From Candidatus Heimdallarchaeota archaeon (GTDB lineage Archaea > Asgardarchaeota > Heimdallarchaeia > Heimdallarchaeales > Heimdallarchaeaceae), in assembly GCA_021399395.1 (NCBI GenBank), contig JAAFKJ010000110.1, forward strand, positions 1-10,938: 10,938 nucleotides of DNA. The letters are read 5' to 3'. Of this stretch, positions 7,075-10,938 are shown one piece after another. The notes beneath the pieces were generated by a model. That model worked only from the letters and a program-made list of their open reading frames with translations, ran no database searches and had not been told where the DNA came from. Position 1 is the first letter of the stretch, and each line of letters opens with the position of its first letter. The position numbers were made by a program, and so were the translations under genes.

Positions 7075-8871
7075 TTATAGATATTTCATAAAGAATTCCA
7101 GTATCATTTTATCAGTTCTTAACCTAGCCTCTTGTCCTACAGTCATATGACCTTCTTTTCCAATCTCAAAATACTCGAAGTCCACTCCTTCTTTCTTATC
7201 TAACTGAATTAATTTATCTCTAAATTGTCTTGATTCACCAATCGTGCAACGTGGATCATTAACAGCTTGAATCATTAAAATTGGTGCTTGAATATGTTCT
7301 ACGAAATTTAATGGGCTTCTATCTTCCCATAATTCTTTATTCTCTTCATATGTTCCAAACAAACCTTCTATCCAATTTTTATAAGCTGGCATTCCTGCAT
7401 CGTACATTGTTTTCCAACTTGTTATTCCTACGTAAGCTGCACCTGCATTCCAACCTGCATCTGCATACTTAGTCAATTGAAGGTAAGTCATATATCCTCC
7501 ATAAGAACCACCGAAAATACCAATCCTATTCATATCAACATATTCAAGAGATTCAAGATATTTTTTTGAATAAATATAATCTTTTGCATCTCCTCCCCCT
7601 ATATCAAAATTAATCAAATCCCTAAACTCTTTCCCATAACCAAATGATCCTCTAATATGGGGGGAAATCAAGACAAATCCTTGATTAACTGCTGCTTGTG
7701 CAAAATCATAAAAATCCCATTGAAGTCTTCCTCCAGGACCGCCTGGTGCTAAAACTAGAGCAGGATATTTTTTTCCTCTTTCTATATCAGGTTTATAGAC
7801 AACTGCTCCTATCTTTCTATTATCAAATGTAGTATAATGAATAAATTCAGGTTCATAAAAATCTTCTTTCACATATTCAGAATCAGGAATTACAATTGGA
7901 ATTTCAACATTTTTCGTTAAATCATATAGTGCCAGGACATTAGGTATTTGTGGATCAGAACGACTATAAAAAAGATATCTGTCTTTTCCTGCAAATTGTG
8001 CTCTACGAATTACACCAGGAATTTTTGGAATAAACTCTTCTTTAGTTTCAATGTTATAAATAACGGGATAAGATCTAACAGCTTCATCTCTTATAACCAA
8101 CAATTTACTTTTATCTTTACTAATTTGCATACCACGTTCTTGAAGCTGATCTCCGCCAAACCAACTGAGTTGATTAGTTTTAGTATTGTATATTAAAGTT
8201 TGATCTGCTCCTCTTGCATTTGTGCAGATAAGTAATAATTCTCCATCTTTTGACTTACCATAAATATAATCTAGTGAATCATTAGAGAGATGTAATAATT
8301 GTTTATTGTTTGAACCATCAGAGTGGACCATCCAAATATCAATGTTTCTTCTATTTTCTGTTGCTATTGCAGAATAATAAATGATGTTTTGTGAGGTCCA
8401 TACACCTCCTAAAGAGGGAGAATCATGAAAAGTTAGTTGGGTAAGTTCTTTTGTTTCTATATTCAGTTTAAAAAGATTATCAGTTTTATTTCTATTTGAA
8501 CGTATTAAGATGTATTTATTGTCAGGACTAATATCAGCTAATAATCCCTTATTATTTGGAGTATCAGTTAGTTTTATTTCCTTATTCTTTTCAAAATCAT
8601 ATAAATGAATATTAAATTGCTCATTACCCTCGTTATCTCTGTTTATTAACAGTTTCTTATTTTTTTCCAACCAAAGAAAGGGATTTAGATAGCCTAAACT
8701 CAAATTTTCATGAAATGGCTTATAAGAAAAATCTTCAAGGTTAACTTCAAAAGCTTTGTCTGGTCCCTCTATGTCACTAAAGAACCAAAGATCATCGTGT
8801 CTATTGAAATAAGCATGCTGTATAAAATAAGGAAATTTGACCATCTTTTCAAGTTCTAATTTCTTTCTCAT
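7075..8871 (-). CDS. S9 family serine peptidase (prolyl oligopeptidase / acylaminoacyl peptidase-like): beta-propeller plus alpha/beta hydrolase
   Basis: Nucleophile elbow GGSYGG; PALVLAPGGPG; RGSFGYGKEF; catalytic Asp in NDPRC and His in EGH; N-terminal WD/TolB-like blades (ISPDNKYILI). No signal peptide. Confidence 0.95.
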   Translation of the reverse strand: MRKKLELEKMVKFPYFIQHAYFNRHDDLWFFSDIEGPDKAFEVNLEDFSYKPFHENLSLGYLNPFLWLEKNKKLLINRDNEGNEQFNIHLYDFEKNKEIKLTDTPNNKGLLADISPDNKYILIRSNRNKTDNLFKLNIETKELTQLTFHDSPSLGGVWTSQNIIYYSAIATENRRNIDIWMVHSDGSNNKQLLHLSNDSLDYIYGKSKDGELLLICTNARGADQTLIYNTKTNQLSWFGGDQLQERGMQISKDKSKLLVIRDEAVRSYPVIYNIETKEEFIPKIPGVIRRAQFAGKDRYLFYSRSDPQIPNVLALYDLTKNVEIPIVIPDSEYVKEDFYEPEFIHYTTFDNRKIGAVVYKPDIERGKKYPALVLAPGGPGGRLQWDFYDFAQAAVNQGFVLISPHIRGSFGYGKEFRDLINFDIGGGDAKDYIYSKKYLESLEYVDMNRIGIFGGSYGGYMTYLQLTKYADAGWNAGAAYVGITSWKTMYDAGMPAYKNWIEGLFGTYEENKELWEDRSPLNFVEHIQAPILMIQAVNDPRCTIGESRQFRDKLIQLDKKEGVDFEYFEIGKEGHMTVGQEARLRTDKMILEFFMKYL

Positions 8872-8886
8872 AAAGAGTAAGTTAGA

Positions 8887-8900
8887 AAATTCATTTAAAA
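8887..8900 (-). promoter_or_regulatory. Putative archaeal TATA box for the S9 peptidase gene (near-leaderless)
   Basis: Minus-strand TTTTAAATGAATTT 16-29 nt upstream of the ATG at 8871. Confidence 0.5.
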
Positions 8901-8940
8901 CATTTATGTCAAAAAAGGTAAAATATCTCTTTCTTTAACT

Positions 8941-9007
8941 CCCTTATTCTCTTCATTCTTCTATGGACGAAGATGTCTCGGGGTTCCTGTATTCTTTGGA
9001 GGTTTTT
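8941..9007 (+). repeat. 67-bp direct repeat, copy 3 (identical to copy 1)
   Basis: Exact match to 620-686. Confidence 0.95.
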
Positions 9008-9093
9008 AGTTTACAGTTAATATTTGTATCACCTGTAATGCCCTGTTGTCTTTCTTCTTTGAACAATTTCCGTCGTCTATCTATTCATACTTA

Positions 9094-9292
9094 TCTTACC
9101 ACACACATCATATTACGTGGTAAGACTACTTCTGGTCTTATCGAGCTTCGAAGAGGTTTATTCCGAGCTTACAAAAATAATACATAGATACTACAGACCT
9201 GGAGTCTGTAAGAAGGATTTCAACTATACTGTTTGTCATCTTCTTCCTTGAGGGGTTTTAATAGTTTACTTCTACTATAATGGTAACCCTTT
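9094..9292. ncRNA. Candidate structured non-coding RNA / leader (cluster of hairpins)
   Basis: Inverted repeats: TCTTACCAC/GTGGTAAGA (9094-9125), TAAGACTA/TGGTCTTA (9121-9140), GAGCTTC/GAGGTTT (9143-9159), TACAGAC/GTCTGTA (9192-9210), GAGGGGTT/AACCCTTT (9250-9292). No family recognised. Confidence 0.3.
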
Positions 9293-9309
9293 CCAACGAG
9301 TGAATAACA

Positions 9310-9381
9310 ATGTACAAGGAAAAATATGATCCAGAAGACGGAGACGAGAGTATAACTCCACCATTATGGTGCCCTGCTTAA
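9310..9381 (+). CDS. Putative small peptide MYKEKYDPEDGDESITPPLWCPA (23 aa)
   Basis: ATG at 9310 to TAA at 9381; purine-rich, coding-like composition; followed by a pyrimidine/T tract (9382-9406). Confidence 0.3.
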   Translation: MYKEKYDPEDGDESITPPLWCPA

Positions 9382-9438
9382 CCTCTCTTCTCTCACTTCT
9401 ATTTTTAAGAGAATTCATAACATATAGTGTTTCTCGAG

Positions 9439-9446
9439 TTTATAAA
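9439..9446 (+). promoter_or_regulatory. Putative TATA box for the 9470 ORF
   Basis: TTTATAAA(TGAA) about 24 nt upstream of the ATG at 9470. Confidence 0.55.
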
Positions 9447-9469
9447 TGAAAGTGCTGATTAAAAGGTAG

Positions 9470-10938
9470 ATGAGTTATTTCAAAGAAATAAAGAAGAAGA
9501 TGCTTATTGTCAAAAGCAAAGAAGATTTGAGAGAATTGTTAAATATTTTGAAGGTAATATCATCAAACCATAAAGACAAATTAATTCTTGAAATTATTGA
9601 CAAAGCTCTTCAGAAATCTAGAATGCTAAATGACGTAAATTCGGAAATAATTTTATTGGGTCTCAAAATAGCTCAAATCTATCATTTTAAGGAAAATAAG
9701 CAGCTGTGTTTTGATCTTCTACAAAAAATGAAATTATGTTCAGAAATTTCCAACAACATGAACGGATTAGCTTTCTCTCATATGTTTGAGTGGTTACTAG
9801 AAAGAATTGCAGGCAACAAAGAAAGGAGCTCATGTGCAATTCAAATGGCAATATCAATTCTAGAGAATAATGGGGAGTATGATCAGTACATAATAAACAT
9901 GTGTTATTATTCTTATGCTCTAGAACTCTGGTTAGAACATCATGATTTTTCCGCTATTTCAATTCTTGAAGATTGTATAAAATACTTTTACACTAATGGG
10001 TTTTATCGGAGTTTAGCTCAATCTCTAAGTATTCTGAGTGTAATCTATGTAAGAATGCAATCACATGAAAGTGTATTAAAACTCAGTGGGGAAATGTATA
10101 GTAAGAAGTATGTTTTTGAAAAACTACCCAGAGACATACAAGCCATATTACACTATTTCACAGGCTTAGGATTTATGCTTGAAATGAAACTTGATCATGC
10201 TGAAACATGGTTTGAGGAATCTTATAATGTTCTCAAACCCATATACAAAAAAAGCATATATTTCAGCAATTATCTGACTCTTCACTCCTATATTGTTACT
10301 GTAAAAGCTCTTCAAGGTAAACTTGAACAAACTCGGGAGATGATAAGTGATGTTGAAAACCTCCTTCAAGAGGAGTTCTTTCAAAAGAATCTTGATTCAG
10401 AAACAAAGAAGCAAATACATCATACACTCAATCTAAACAAGTTTTATGTTTATTCACGTTCGAAGAACTTTGATACTGAAAAGATGTGTGAATTGATAAC
10501 AGAAATATTCGAGGGGAGTAAAACACTTTACAGTGATTTTATGCTCCTAAGTGAGTTTGTTCTTAATGCAAATCTCAAACCAAATAAATTGAGGGAACTA
10601 CTGAAAGCAGATAATTTCAGCACAAATAGGATTAAGCATCTAATTTCCTTCGTTCTTCTTGCTAAGAATGAAGAGAATCTTTCAAAGAAGAATCTATTGA
10701 ATAGAATAAAGGCTTTAGAGAAGGGAGAGCAAACTAGTAAAACTTCTTTTATTGAGTATGTATTAACAGATTTGCTAATTGCTCAGCAATTGTACTCACT
10801 CAGGAGATTCGCAGAAATCTCCATTCTATTAAGAAAATACGAGAAGAAACTTGATCGAATTCAAGTTCTCGAATTGCGACTCTTCATGGAAGCTTTCATC
10901 CAAGTTGGAGCTTACAAGAATGGTGATCCGTTGGGACC
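9470..10938 (+). CDS. All-alpha TPR-like helical repeat protein, 3'-truncated by the window edge (at least 489 aa)
   Basis: Hand translation gives MSYFKEIKKKMLIVKSKEDLRELL... open to the end of the window (...QVGAYKNGDPLG). TPR-like helices include SLAQSLSILSVIYVRMQSHE and AILHYFTGLGFMLEMKLDHAETWFEESY. Absent from the ORF track because it has no stop in the window. Confidence 0.85.
   Translation, partial: MSYFKEIKKKMLIVKSKEDLRELLNILKVISSNHKDKLILEIIDKALQKSRMLNDVNSEIILLGLKIAQIYHFKENKQLCFDLLQKMKLCSEISNNMNGLAFSHMFEWLLERIAGNKERSSCAIQMAISILENNGEYDQYIINMCYYSYALELWLEHHDFSAISILEDCIKYFYTNGFYRSLAQSLSILSVIYVRMQSHESVLKLSGEMYSKKYVFEKLPRDIQAILHYFTGLGFMLEMKLDHAETWFEESYNVLKPIYKKSIYFSNYLTLHSYIVTVKALQGKLEQTREMISDVENLLQEEFFQKNLDSETKKQIHHTLNLNKFYVYSRSKNFDTEKMCELITEIFEGSKTLYSDFMLLSEFVLNANLKPNKLRELLKADNFSTNRIKHLISFVLLAKNEENLSKKNLLNRIKALEKGEQTSKTSFIEYVLTDLLIAQQLYSLRRFAEISILLRKYEKKLDRIQVLELRLFMEAFIQVGAYKNGDPLG

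Noticed and set aside
7281-8196. Plus-strand ORFs 7281-7472 and 7948-8196
   Set aside because: Antisense to the clearly genuine S9 peptidase.
620-9007. Repeats as a CRISPR array or IS termini
   Set aside because: The unit is 67 bp with kilobase, gene-containing spacing. The copies are direct rather than inverted, and there are no cas or transposase genes and no evident target-site duplications.
8963-9187. 74-aa ORF MDEDVSGFLYSLEVF...
   Set aside because: Its ATG lies inside repeat copy 3 and is mutated to ATA in copy 2. It runs through hairpin-rich DNA and has no protein-like features, so it is probably spurious.
10166-10384. 72-aa minus-strand ORF
   Set aside because: Antisense to the long open plus-strand frame starting at 9470.

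Overview
This is an archaeal window, probably from an Asgard/Heimdallarchaeia-like lineage; that is inferred from the divergent 16S and the protein repertoire and was not database-verified. It opens with the 3' ~535 nt of a 16S rRNA gene. Helix 45 of that gene is interrupted by a 34-nt insertion whose boundaries fall exactly where a bulge-helix-bulge (BHB) splicing endonuclease would cut. No tRNA-Ala or 23S follows. Instead, a three-hairpin trailer leads into the first of three direct copies of a 67-bp structured repeat (620-686, 6977-7043, 8941-9007; copies 1 and 3 are identical). The repeats bracket two gene blocks like cassettes. Block A holds a large secreted/membrane protein pair (624 aa + 1044 aa, possibly one frameshifted gene of ~1670 aa) and a membrane-anchored beta-helix (NosD/PbH1-like) protein whose stop codon lies inside repeat copy 2. 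Block B holds a single S9 prolyl-oligopeptidase-family serine peptidase. After copy 3 come a hairpin-rich non-coding stretch, a 23-codon ORF, and an alpha-helical TPR-like ORF (from 9470, running off the window end) that is missing from the supplied ORF track. No integrase or transposase is visible in the window.
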